DNA of 64,000 nt from an uncultured Bryobacterales bacterium. GTDB taxonomy: Bacteria; Acidobacteriota; Terriglobia; Bryobacterales; UBA6623. The translations under genes and the position numbers were made by a program. Positions 20,362 to 29,418 of this stretch are shown in pieces (position 1 is the stretch's first letter; each line of letters starts with the position of its first letter). The notes beneath the pieces were generated by a model. The model saw only the letters and a list, made by a program, of their open reading frames with translations, did not search any database and was not told where the DNA came from. Location of the stretch: the NCBI GenBank assembly GCA_958295955.1, contig OY282420.1, forward strand, positions 4,233,063 through 4,297,062, in the 5' to 3' direction.

Positions 20362-21843
20362 ATGAAGCTCTGGCCGGCGGTTCTCGGGTTTGTTTCCATG
20401 TTCGGCTGCGGGGGGGCGCAAGTCGAGGACGCCGCCTCCGGCGCGCCGCCCAACATTATCGTCATCCTGGCCGACGATCTCGGCTACAACGACATCGGCG
20501 TTTACGGCTCGGAGATCATCGAGACCCCGCATATCGATCGGCTTGCGGCCGACGGAGTGCGTCTGACCGACGGCTACGTCGCGGCGGCAGTGTGCAGCCC
20601 GTCGCGGGCGGGGCTCTACACGGGGCGCTATCAGCCGCGCTTCGGCTATGAGTACAACCCGACCGGACACGACGAGGAACTGGGCCTGCCGACCGATCAG
20701 ACGACGCTCGGAAACATGATGCGGGAGGCCGGCTACGCCACCGGACTGATCGGCAAGTGGCACTTGGGCAAGCGCGAAAAATACCACCCGCTGAACCGCG
20801 GATTCGACGAATACTTCGGCGTGCTCGCCGGGGGAACCAGCTATATTGATGCAAGCAAAGAGGGCGTCGAGTCGTGGCCCGCGCGCAACGGACCCACGAG
20901 ACGCTCCGACTCGAATGCGATTTTCGACGGCTTCGAGAAGGTTGAGGTCGAGGAATACCTGACCGACGTTTTTGCCGCGAAGGCCGTCGATTTTATCGAC
21001 CGTCACAAGGACGAGCGCTTCTTTCTGATGCTGACGCCGAACACGCCGCACACGCCGCTGCAGGCGACGGCGGAATACATCGAGCGCTACGCCCACGTCG
21101 AAGAAGCGGGCAAGCGGGTTTTCGCGGCGATGGTCGCCTCTCTGGACGACTATGTCGGCGATGTCGTCGCCGCGCTGCGGGAGCGCGGGTTGGAAGAGAA
21201 CACGCTGGTCGTGTTCTTCTCCGATAACGGCTGCGTCGGTTATCTCAGCGAGGAGGTGTGCTCCAACGCGCCGCTGAGCGGATCGAAGCGCTTTCATCTG
21301 GAAGGCGGCATTCGCGTGCCGTTCATTTTCAAGTGGCCCGCCGCGCTGCCCGCGGGCAAGGTCTATGCGCAGCCCGTCACGGCGATCGATCTTTTCTCGA
21401 CGTTTGCGGCGGCCGCCGGTGCGGACGCCGCGGCCCAGGACAGCGTGAACCTGCTGCCGTATCTGAGCGGAGAAAACGGCGGGCCGCCGCACGAATTTCT
21501 CTTCTGGCGGTCGAAACCCAACATGGCCGTGCGTTGGGGCAAGTGGAAAATGTGGAAGGTGAACAACACCGACCTCGCGCTCGATGACATGACGATCGGC
21601 GGACGGCGGTTGCCGGAGATAGATTACCCCGGCGATTCGCCGCTGGGGCAAACTACCGTGCTCTACGATTTGTCCGCGGATGTCGGCGAGCAGGCGAATT
21701 TGGCGGCGGAGCATCCGGAAATCGTCGAACGCCTCGATGCGGAATTGCAGGCATGGAATGCAGAACTGGCCGAGCCGATCTGGAAGAGCCGGCGCGCGAC
21801 TCTGCACGATCTTCACGGCCAAATGGTGCAACTGTTTTTCTGA
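20362..21843 (+). CDS. Arylsulfatase (Cys-type, formylglycine-dependent), lipoprotein
   Basis: Lipobox SMFGC, then PNIIVILADDLGYNDIGVYG, the CSPSRAGLYTGRY FGly motif and GKWHLG. Confidence 0.9.
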   Translation: MKLWPAVLGFVSMFGCGGAQVEDAASGAPPNIIVILADDLGYNDIGVYGSEIIETPHIDRLAADGVRLTDGYVAAAVCSPSRAGLYTGRYQPRFGYEYNPTGHDEELGLPTDQTTLGNMMREAGYATGLIGKWHLGKREKYHPLNRGFDEYFGVLAGGTSYIDASKEGVESWPARNGPTRRSDSNAIFDGFEKVEVEEYLTDVFAAKAVDFIDRHKDERFFLMLTPNTPHTPLQATAEYIERYAHVEEAGKRVFAAMVASLDDYVGDVVAALRERGLEENTLVVFFSDNGCVGYLSEEVCSNAPLSGSKRFHLEGGIRVPFIFKWPAALPAGKVYAQPVTAIDLFSTFAAAAGADAAAQDSVNLLPYLSGENGGPPHEFLFWRSKPNMAVRWGKWKMWKVNNTDLALDDMTIGGRRLPEIDYPGDSPLGQTTVLYDLSADVGEQANLAAEHPEIVERLDAELQAWNAELAEPIWKSRRATLHDLHGQMVQLFF

Positions 21844-21887
21844 CGGGCAGCGCAACGTTTTTAGTCCTCGGTAATGAGATCGGGTAG

Positions 21888-22112
21888 GTGCCGCCGACCG
21901 TTGAGATCGTTTTCGTTTGGGCGCCGATCGTTTTGTCGGTCGGCTTCGTGAGTTGGTATCTGCGGCGCCGGGTGCGGGAAGGGATCACGCTTTTCGCAGC
22001 GCTGCTCGACCGCAACTTCATGCTGGTCTTTTTCTACAGCGGCGCGCTGCTGGCGATCTATCTGTCAACCTTCCATTTCTTTTATTTCGGGCTGCTTGAC
22101 GGCGGGCGCTAA
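21888..22112 (+). CDS. Small hypothetical membrane protein (2 TM)
   Basis: 74 aa with GTG start. Hydrophobic segments IVFVWAPIVLSVGFVSWYL and MLVFFYSGALLAIYLSTFHFFYF. No homology recognised. Confidence 0.3.
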   Translation: MPPTVEIVFVWAPIVLSVGFVSWYLRRRVREGITLFAALLDRNFMLVFFYSGALLAIYLSTFHFFYFGLLDGGR

Positions 22113-22633
22113 TTGTAGCGGCGGTGAACCGCCAGCACTCTTCCTTGAATGCGCACCCGCTCGGCCGGGACGACGATCGGCTCCATTGCGTTGTTGGCGG
22201 GCTGCAGCCGAACTTGGCCGCCTTCCCGGTAAAAGCGCTTGAGCGTGGTTTCGCTGCCGTCGATCAGGGCGACCACGATTTCGCCGTTGCGCGCCTGCTC
22301 GGTCTTTTCGACCAGTACGCAATCGCCTTCCAGGATGTGCTCGTCGATCATCGACTCGCCGCGAACCTCGAGCGCATAGACGCCTTCCACGTCGAGGAAC
22401 GGGGCAAAGGAAACGGATTCGCGCCGCTCGTAGGTTTCGAGCGCCCGGCTGCGGTTGAAGCTTTTTTTCAAATATCCCTGTCGTTCGAGCGCTGCGAGGT
22501 GTTTGTGGATCGTTGCGCTGGAAGCCGTGCCCATGCCGCGGGCGATCTCCTGGAAGCTGGGGCCGTAGTGGTTTTCGGCGATAAACTCCGCCATGAAGTC
22601 GAGGACTTCCTTTTGCCTTTTTGTGAGCGCCAT
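22109..22633 (-). CDS. lexA: LexA-like transcriptional repressor (S24 peptidase domain) with shortened linker
   Basis: 174 aa. N-terminal wHTH MALTKRQKEVLDFMAEFIAENHYGPSFQEIARGMGTASSATIHKHLAALERQGYL. C-terminal VRGESMIDEHILEGD...NGEIVVA...TLKRF...LQPAN retains the Ser and Lys of the catalytic dyad. Start is the internal ATG of ORF 22109-23122. Confidence 0.8.
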   Translation of the reverse strand: MALTKRQKEVLDFMAEFIAENHYGPSFQEIARGMGTASSATIHKHLAALERQGYLKKSFNRSRALETYERRESVSFAPFLDVEGVYALEVRGESMIDEHILEGDCVLVEKTEQARNGEIVVALIDGSETTLKRFYREGGQVRLQPANNAMEPIVVPAERVRIQGRVLAVHRRYN

Positions 22634-22707
22634 CGGATTTTCTCTTTTTGTTCGCGGTTCATGTCGGCAAGCGCAATGCAAGGAAGCCTTTGCCGGCGGG
22701 GAGCGGG

Positions 22708-23961
22708 TCAACGCGCGGCGGCCGCGGCGATGACGGCTTCGGCGGCGGCGTAACCGCTGCGCACGGCGCCTTCCATTGTTGCCGGCAGCCCGGTGTCGGT
22801 CCAATCGCCGGCGAGGAACACGTTGGGGTAGCGGGTGCGCGCGGCGGGCCGGGACGCCTCCAGGCCGGGTTTCGCGGAATAGGTCGCGCGAATCTCCTTG
22901 ACCACGCGCGAGCGTTCCAGCGCCGCGCCGGCGGCGTCGGGGAAAAACTCCGCGAGTTCTTTTTGCGCCGTCGCGACGATTTCCGCCTGCGTCATGCCCA
23001 TCATGTCCCGCGAAGCGCTGACCACGGCCAGGTAGTAGGTCTCGCTCTTGCGGAAGAGCCATTGCAGCCGGCGGTCGAGGAGGATCGCATGGTCGAGCTC
23101 GGTGAGCGGACGGTCGAACCACAAGTGAATTCCCGTGATCGGCGAGTGCTCGAAGCTCTCGATGTCCAGAGACAGGCCGGGCAGCAGCCGACCGACGCGC
23201 TCGAACGGAACCGCGCTGATGAAATAGTCCGCTTCGCCGCCGGCGGGATCGATGCGCTCGATGCTCGAGCGGAGATGGATGCGCACGCGCGGCCCGAGGC
23301 GCCGCTCCAGCGCAGCCGAATAAAGTTCGGCGAGAGGAACCGCCGGTATGCCGATTTCATAGCTCGCGCGGCTCCCCAGCAGTCCCTCGTCGAAGACCTG
23401 CAAGGCGGGCAGCGCCGAGCTGCGTTCGGGTTCCTCGTTCAGCGCGCTGACCAGCAGCGGGCGCCAGAACCTCGCGTACGCCCGCGGCGTCGCTTTTTTC
23501 TCGCGCAGCCAGGCGGCCATCGTGATCCGGTCGAGATCGCTCCGCCGGCGCCGCTCGCGCGGGATGGCGCGCAGGCAGCGGATCAATGACAGCTTGTCGG
23601 CCCAGCCGAGCATCTTCATCGACAGCAGCGAGCCGGTGAAATGGAACGGCGGCGGCAAGGGGCCGCGTTCGAGCGTATCGACGCCGCCGCCGGGCCGGAC
23701 GAAGTAGAGGCGGTCGTAGAAGCGGATTTTGTCCTCGACTCCGCAGCGGCGGTAAAAATCGAGCAATGCGTCGAAACAACGCAGCAGCACGTGTTGGCAG
23801 TTGTCGATGCGCGGGGAGTCCGCTTCCGCCGGATTGACCGGGAACGACGTGGCGCGTCCGCCCAGGAACGGCCTTGCCTCGTGCAGGTCGACTTCGAAGC
23901 CCGTTGCTCCCAGCTTGGCGGCCGCGGCAAGCCCGGCCAGGCCGCCGCCGACGATCTTCAC
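22708..23961 (-). CDS. hpnE: Hydroxysqualene dehydroxylase (FAD-dependent amine-oxidase fold)
   Basis: VKIVGGGLAGLAAAAKLGATGFEVDLHEARPFLGGRA dinucleotide-binding motif and C-terminal LAGDWTDTGLPATMEGAVRSG. Sits in the order hpnC-hpnD-hpnE. GTG start overlaps the hpnD stop (GTGA). Confidence 0.8.
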   Translation of the reverse strand: MKIVGGGLAGLAAAAKLGATGFEVDLHEARPFLGGRATSFPVNPAEADSPRIDNCQHVLLRCFDALLDFYRRCGVEDKIRFYDRLYFVRPGGGVDTLERGPLPPPFHFTGSLLSMKMLGWADKLSLIRCLRAIPRERRRRSDLDRITMAAWLREKKATPRAYARFWRPLLVSALNEEPERSSALPALQVFDEGLLGSRASYEIGIPAVPLAELYSAALERRLGPRVRIHLRSSIERIDPAGGEADYFISAVPFERVGRLLPGLSLDIESFEHSPITGIHLWFDRPLTELDHAILLDRRLQWLFRKSETYYLAVVSASRDMMGMTQAEIVATAQKELAEFFPDAAGAALERSRVVKEIRATYSAKPGLEASRPAARTRYPNVFLAGDWTDTGLPATMEGAVRSGYAAAEAVIAAAAAR

Positions 23962-24848
23962 GCTGGGAATGGCGGGGTTCCTCCCAGCAACCGCAGCTTG
24001 AGCGCGCGGAGCACGATCCAGGTCTTTTCCCAATCGCTCAGTCTCACGCGCCGATCGAGCACGTTGTATTTCAGGCTGCGGATGCGCAGCAGGATGCCGT
24101 GGTAGAGAGCCACCATCGCCCACAGAGCCGGTTGGCTGCGCCGCTTGACCATCGCCAGCAAGGGGGCGGCCTCTTGGTAGTAACGCTCGGCGCGCGCCCA
24201 TTGGAACTCCATCAATTGCCGAAATCGCTCGTCCGCCGGCTTGACGGCGCCTTCCAGGATTTCGCCGCGGGAGAGTCCGAAACGTTCGAGGTCTTCCTCC
24301 GGCAGATAGACGCGGCCGAGTCCGGCGTCTTCCGAGACGTCGCGCATGATGTTGGTGAGTTGAAAGGCGACGCCGCATTTCTCGGCCAGTTGCAGCGCCG
24401 CCGGCCTGTCGAATCCAAGTACGTGAATCGTGGTCAGGCCGACCACCGAGGCGGCCTGATAGCAATAGCGGTAAAGTTCGTCGAAGGTGCGGTAAACCGC
24501 CGGACGCAGGTCGCTTTGCATGCCGTCGATCAGCTCGGTGAAGTAGCTGCGGGGAATGTCGTAGCGGTCGATGGCGGCTGCGAACGCCGGCAGCACCGGG
24601 TCGTTGCCGAAGCGCCCCGCCAAGGCGTCGGCGAGCTTGGCCCGCCAAGCGTCGAGACGCTTTTGGCGGTTTTCGAGCGGGGGAGACCCGTCGTCGCTGA
24701 TGTCGTCGGAATAGCGCATGAACGCATAGATGGCGCACATCGCATTCTTTTGCTCCTTGGGAAGCAGCAGAAACGAGTAGTGGAAATTCCGCGCGCGGGC
24801 GCGGGCGACGCGGCGGCAATGCGCGAAAGACTCGTCAACGCTGGGCAT
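23958..24848 (-). CDS. hpnD: Presqualene diphosphate synthase (squalene/phytoene synthase family)
   Basis: NFHYSFLLLPKEQKNAMCAIYAFMRYSDDISD (DxxxD) and QLTNIMRDVSEDAGLGRVYLP. 296 aa. Confidence 0.85.
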   Translation of the reverse strand: MPSVDESFAHCRRVARARARNFHYSFLLLPKEQKNAMCAIYAFMRYSDDISDDGSPPLENRQKRLDAWRAKLADALAGRFGNDPVLPAFAAAIDRYDIPRSYFTELIDGMQSDLRPAVYRTFDELYRYCYQAASVVGLTTIHVLGFDRPAALQLAEKCGVAFQLTNIMRDVSEDAGLGRVYLPEEDLERFGLSRGEILEGAVKPADERFRQLMEFQWARAERYYQEAAPLLAMVKRRSQPALWAMVALYHGILLRIRSLKYNVLDRRVRLSDWEKTWIVLRALKLRLLGGTPPFPA

Positions 24849-25731
24849 GTCGGGAACCCCTGGGCGCGGGGCGCGGCAGGCGGCGCGCCGTCACCCGCAA
24901 CAATAACATGAGGCGGTCGGTTTTGGAGACTTTCGGCCGGGCGCGGATTGTGTCGAAGCGCAGCGCGCGAATCTTGTCGAGGACGGCCATCCCCCCGCGC
25001 GAAAACAATTCGACGTCGATCGCCAGCCGGCGATCGAGCCTGTCGGCCAGAGGCAGACCGTCCGCGAACAGCCGCTCGGCCCGCCCGACCAGGTCGCCAA
25101 TCGCCGCGCGGTAGCCGGCCGACGCGGCGCCGCGGCGGATGTCGTCCGCCAGCGCTTCGTGGGAGTAGCCGTGCGCCGCCATCACGTCCCGGGGAATGTA
25201 AACGCGGCCTTTGCGCCAATCGCGCCGTACGTCTTGCCAATGGTTGGCCAGTTGCAGGGCGGTGCAGGTAGCGTCCGAAAGCTGGAAAAGCGATTCCTCG
25301 CGGTAGCCGCCGAGCATCAAGATCAAGCGGCCTACCGGGTTCGCGGAATAGCGGCAGTAGTCGATCACTTGGTCGTAAGCGTCGTAGCGGGAGATATGCC
25401 GATCTTGCACGAATGCCCGGATCAAGTCGCGGAAAGGCTCGCGGGGCAGATCGTGCCGCCGCACCGTCTCGGCGAGCGCGGCGAAGACCGGATGGCGCGT
25501 TTGCCCCGCGTACATCGCGTCGAGCTCCTCTTTCCACCAGGCCAGCAACTCCAGGCTGCGGCCGCGGTCGCCGATCTCGTCGCTCAGGTCGTCGGCCCAG
25601 CGGCAGTAGGCGTAGAGGTTGAAGAAATCCTGATGCAGCCGCCGCGGCAGCAGGAAGCTGACGACCGAAAAATTCTCGTAGCGCCCGCGGGCCAGCGCCG
25701 CGGTGTAGCGCTTGGCGTCCGCAAGCGGCAT
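24835..25731 (-). CDS. hpnC: Squalene synthase HpnC (squalene/phytoene synthase family)
   Basis: YENFSVVSFLLPRRLHQDFFNLYAYCRWADDLSDE and QLANHWQDVRRDWRKGRVYIP. Overlaps hpnD by 14 nt. Start taken at ATG 25731; GTG 25791 is an alternative. Confidence 0.8.
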   Translation of the reverse strand: MPLADAKRYTAALARGRYENFSVVSFLLPRRLHQDFFNLYAYCRWADDLSDEIGDRGRSLELLAWWKEELDAMYAGQTRHPVFAALAETVRRHDLPREPFRDLIRAFVQDRHISRYDAYDQVIDYCRYSANPVGRLILMLGGYREESLFQLSDATCTALQLANHWQDVRRDWRKGRVYIPRDVMAAHGYSHEALADDIRRGAASAGYRAAIGDLVGRAERLFADGLPLADRLDRRLAIDVELFSRGGMAVLDKIRALRFDTIRARPKVSKTDRLMLLLRVTARRLPRPAPRGSRHAQR

Positions 25732-25823
25732 CGGCGCGGGATCCGTACCGTATTTTTCGAGAAAATCGACGGGCTGGATCGCTTCGCTCACGTTGTCGGC
25801 CGGCGTCTCGACGATCCGCGCGG

Positions 25824-27566
25824 TCAGTAGCCGGCCGCGGTTCCCTCGGACCGGGAATCCGCGGCGCCGGCCAGGTATTCCCCCTCGACCTCGATGGCCA
25901 TGACTTGCCCCATTGCCCGGCCGAAGGAGATCTTGTGGCCCTTGCGCCGCAGCGCGTCGATCGTGTCGGGGGAAAAGCCGTAGGATTCCATGTAGAGCAG
26001 ATCGGGCATCCACTGGTGGTGGAACCGCGGATAGTCAACGGCCTGCTGCGCGTTCATGCCGAAGTCGAGCACGTCGAGGATCGTTTGCAAGACGGAGGAG
26101 ATGATGGTCGGCCCGCCCGGCGTGCCGACCACCAGGCGCAGCTTGCCGTCTTCGCTGACGATCGTCGGGCTCATCGCCGACAGCGGGCGCTTGCCCGGCT
26201 CGATCGCGTTGTTTTCGCTTTGCAGCAGCCCATAGGCGTTCGGACTGCCCGGCTTGGCGGTGAAATCGTCCATCTCGTTGTTCAGCAGAACGCCGGTTCC
26301 TTTGGCGGTGACGCCCGAACCGTAGCCGCCGTTCAGGGTATAGGTCACCGCGACTGCATTGCCTTGCGCATCGACGATCGAATAATGCGTCGTTTCGTCG
26401 CTCTCGCGGCCCGTCGGAGCGCCGCCGCCGACAGCGGCGCTCGGCGTCGCGCGCTCGGGTCGGATGGTCGCGGCGCGGCGCTTGGCGTATTGCTTCGACA
26501 ACATCGCTTCCAGCGGAACCTCGACGAAATCCGTGTCGCCGAAGTATTGCGCCCGGTCCGCGAAGAATCGCCGCATGACTTCGGCGACGCGGTGAATCGC
26601 CGCCGCCGAACCGGCTCCCGCGGCGGCCAGGTTCGAGCCTTCGAGCAGGTTCAGCATTTGAATGACGCCCGCTCCGCCGGAGCTGGGCGGCGGCGCGCCG
26701 AGAATCTCGAACCCGTTGTAGGCGCCGCGCAGGGCTTTGCGCTCCACGGGCCGATAGGCGGCGAGGTCGCCGAGCGAAATCAGGCCGCCGTTGGCCTCCA
26801 TGTCGGCGGCGATAAGCTGCGCGGTGCGCCCGCGGTAGAACTCGTCCGCGCCGTTCTCGGCCAAGCGCTGCAAGGCGTCGGCGAGGTCGCGCTGTTGCAA
26901 CGGCTCTCCGAAGGCGATGGGCCGCCCGTTTTTGCGGAAGATTTTGCGGGACTCGGGGAACCGCGCCAAGCGATCGCTTTCCCGTAAAGACGCGGCCAGG
27001 TCCCAGGTTACGGGAAACCCCTCCCGCGCCAGGCGCTCGGCGGGAGCGACGAGACTGCTCCATGTTTTCGTGCCGTACTTGCGCAGCGCAAGCTCGAACC
27101 CGCGCACGGTGCCGGGCACGGCGACGGCGCGGTAGCCGACGCGGCTGTCCGCGGTCGCCTTGCCGTCTTCGTCGAGGTACATATCGCGGTCTGCCGCGGC
27201 TGGCGCCCGCTCGCGGAAATCGAGGAACGTCGAACGGCCGTCCGCGAAGCGGATCAGCATGAATCCGCCGCCGCCCAGGTTGCCGGCGTTGGGTTCGGTC
27301 ACAGCCAAGGCGAAGCCGACCGCCACCGCCGCATCGACCGCGTTGCCTCCCTTGCGCAGAATCTCGACGCCGGCGGCGGTAGCGTGCGGTTCCGCCGTGA
27401 CGACCATCGCGTTCCGCGCATGGACCGGCGTGAACGTTCCGGCGCGCGCGCCGAGGCAGGCCAATGCCGCAACGGCAAGAAGCGCGTACGGCCGGCGGAA
27501 ACGGCGCGGGCGCCTTCCCGCCGCGCCGCCTGCGCGTTCCATCTTTTTGTTCCTGTTCCGATTCAT
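25824..27566 (-). CDS. ggt: Gamma-glutamyltransferase
   Basis: GGNAVDAAVAVGFALAVTEPNAGNLGGGGFML, catalytic ETTHYSIVD and GSGVTAKGTGVLLNNEMDDF. Start is uncertain (ATG 27566 or 27542). Confidence 0.9.
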   Translation of the reverse strand: MNRNRNKKMERAGGAAGRRPRRFRRPYALLAVAALACLGARAGTFTPVHARNAMVVTAEPHATAAGVEILRKGGNAVDAAVAVGFALAVTEPNAGNLGGGGFMLIRFADGRSTFLDFRERAPAAADRDMYLDEDGKATADSRVGYRAVAVPGTVRGFELALRKYGTKTWSSLVAPAERLAREGFPVTWDLAASLRESDRLARFPESRKIFRKNGRPIAFGEPLQQRDLADALQRLAENGADEFYRGRTAQLIAADMEANGGLISLGDLAAYRPVERKALRGAYNGFEILGAPPPSSGGAGVIQMLNLLEGSNLAAAGAGSAAAIHRVAEVMRRFFADRAQYFGDTDFVEVPLEAMLSKQYAKRRAATIRPERATPSAAVGGGAPTGRESDETTHYSIVDAQGNAVAVTYTLNGGYGSGVTAKGTGVLLNNEMDDFTAKPGSPNAYGLLQSENNAIEPGKRPLSAMSPTIVSEDGKLRLVVGTPGGPTIISSVLQTILDVLDFGMNAQQAVDYPRFHHQWMPDLLYMESYGFSPDTIDALRRKGHKISFGRAMGQVMAIEVEGEYLAGAADSRSEGTAAGY

Positions 27567-27857
27567 GCGCTCTCGCGGCGCTTCGAGGCTTCCGATCGCC
27601 GCCCGGCAATGCCTACGCAGGCAAAAATCGGGCGCTGCGTAATTTTCGAACATAAATCACCGGATACGGAAACATTTTAGAACGTTTTGCATTATGATGC
27701 GTGCGGACTCATTCTCGGCTGCTCGGCCCGTAGGAGAGACGCAGACGAACGAAGAGAGGAGGACGTTGCGAGATGCTCGTACCCTCCGCGGAACCCCTCC
27801 TCTTATGATTGGGCTCGCGCTGCTGCTCGCCGCCGCCGCGCGGCTAAACTGGTTCCA

Positions 27858-28727
27858 GTGCGAAAAATTGCGGTCATCGGCGCGCGCGGTCAATTGGGCA
27901 GCCGCATCGTTCGCGGGTTGATCGCCCGCGGCCAGGCGCCGGGCGCTATCGTTGCCGTCGTGCGGACGCCGGACCGCGCGGCGGAGCTCGCGGCCCTGGG
28001 ATGCGACCTGCGCCGCGGCGACTACGACGATCTCGACTCGATGACCCGCGCCTTCGCCGGATGCCGCACGGTCATGCTCGTGCCCACCTTCGCGCCGGTC
28101 GAGCCGCGCATCCTGCAGCACGCCCGCGCGGTCGAGGCCGCCCGCCGCGCCGGCGCGCGGCGCCTGGTCTTCTCAAGCTTCATCGCGAGCAGCCCCGAGA
28201 GCCCGTTCCTGGTGACGCCGTTCCTGACCTATGCCGAGTCGGCGCTGCGCGTCTCCGGGCTCGAATGGACGATCTTGCGCAACGGCATGTACGCCGACCC
28301 GCTGGTTCCCTACGCTCCCGATTTGGTCGCGTCGGGCCGCATCCCCTATCCCGCAGGCGAGGGGAAAATCAGCTACGTCACCCGCGACGACCTCGCCCGG
28401 GCTTCGGCGGCCGCGCTTTTGGATGGAGCCTGCGCGGGCAAGGCTTACGACCTGACGGGGGCGGAGGCGCTCTCGATAGCCGAATTGGCCGCGCTGATTA
28501 CGAAAATAACCGGCAAGCCCGTGTACTACGAACCGGCGTCGGACGAGGAGTTCGCCGCCATGTGCCGGGAGCCCGGCCTGCCCGACTACCTGCCGCAAGC
28601 GCTGGTTACGATCTACCACGCGGCAGCCCAAGGCTTTCTCGGCAAGGTAACCGGCGACATCGAAACCCTGACCGGCAAACCGCCCGAGAGACTCGAAAGT
28701 TTTCTGGCCGGGCCCCTCGCCTCCTGA
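27858..28727 (+). CDS. NmrA-like/SDR-family NAD(P)-binding protein
   Basis: VRKIAVIGARGQLGSRIV Rossmann motif, with WTILRNGMY and YDLTG typical of NmrA/QOR2-like proteins. GTG start at 27858 within ORF 27687-28727. Confidence 0.8.
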   Translation: MRKIAVIGARGQLGSRIVRGLIARGQAPGAIVAVVRTPDRAAELAALGCDLRRGDYDDLDSMTRAFAGCRTVMLVPTFAPVEPRILQHARAVEAARRAGARRLVFSSFIASSPESPFLVTPFLTYAESALRVSGLEWTILRNGMYADPLVPYAPDLVASGRIPYPAGEGKISYVTRDDLARASAAALLDGACAGKAYDLTGAEALSIAELAALITKITGKPVYYEPASDEEFAAMCREPGLPDYLPQALVTIYHAAAQGFLGKVTGDIETLTGKPPERLESFLAGPLAS

Positions 28728-28842
28728 ATTTTTCGGTTTCTGTAAAAACAGTCAACGATCGGCGCGTTCGATCGGGAGATGTCTTGACGGATTCAATCCG
28801 GCGAATGATATCAATAGGGTTTATATTTAGTACCGTAAGAGA

Positions 28843-29418
28843 TTGGAAGTGATATCTATCAATGGATCGCCGAAGTCCGGCCGGTTCGTCCTGCGCATGC
28901 CGCCGGCGCTGCACGCCGCGCTGCAGGCAGCCGCGCGCGCAAGCGGGCTGTCGCTCAACGCATACTGCGTGCGGCAGCTTGCGCAGGCCGGCCTCGGCGT
29001 TGCCGGCGACGAAGACGCGACCGCGCTCCTCGCGCGCGCCCGCGCCGTGGCCGGCGATGCGCTGTCGGCGGTAGTCCTCCACGGGTCCTGGGCGCGCGGC
29101 GAAGCCACTCCCGCCTCGGACGTTGACGCGCTCATCGTCGTTGAGTCGCGCCTCGCCTTGAGTCGCGCCTTGTACCGCGCCTGGGACGCACAGCCGATTA
29201 TGTGGCGGGGGCGGCGCGTGGACCCGCACTTTGTCCACCCGGCCCCGGAAGGGGAGGTCAGCGGCCTGTGGGCCGAATTGGCGCTCGACGGGATCGTGCT
29301 GTTCGAGCGTGATTGGAAGCTGTCGGCGCATCTGGCGCGCATACGCCGAGCGATTGTCGCCGGACGGCTGGTGCGGCGCGTCGTGCATGGACAGCCCTAC
29401 TGGACGGAGGCCGCGTGA
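28843..29418 (+). CDS. RHH (HicB/Arc-like) - minimal nucleotidyltransferase fusion protein (MntA-like antitoxin candidate)
   Basis: N-terminal GRFVLRMPPALHAALQAAARASGLSLNAYCVRQL is a ribbon-helix-helix signature. It is followed by the MNT motif VVLHGSWARGEATPASDVDALIVV (GSxxRGx(n)DxD). Start is TTG 28843 or GTG 28849. Confidence 0.75.
   Translation: MEVISINGSPKSGRFVLRMPPALHAALQAAARASGLSLNAYCVRQLAQAGLGVAGDEDATALLARARAVAGDALSAVVLHGSWARGEATPASDVDALIVVESRLALSRALYRAWDAQPIMWRGRRVDPHFVHPAPEGEVSGLWAELALDGIVLFERDWKLSAHLARIRRAIVAGRLVRRVVHGQPYWTEAA

Noticed and set aside
22650-22660. GTTCGCGGTTC direct repeat 17 nt upstream of the lexA-like start, considered as an SOS box
   Set aside because: The known direct-repeat LexA box (alphaproteobacterial GTTC-N7-GTTC) has a different spacing. 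I know no validated motif for this lineage, and no second copy could be checked, for example at uvrA where the upstream spacer is only 15 nt. Not supportable.
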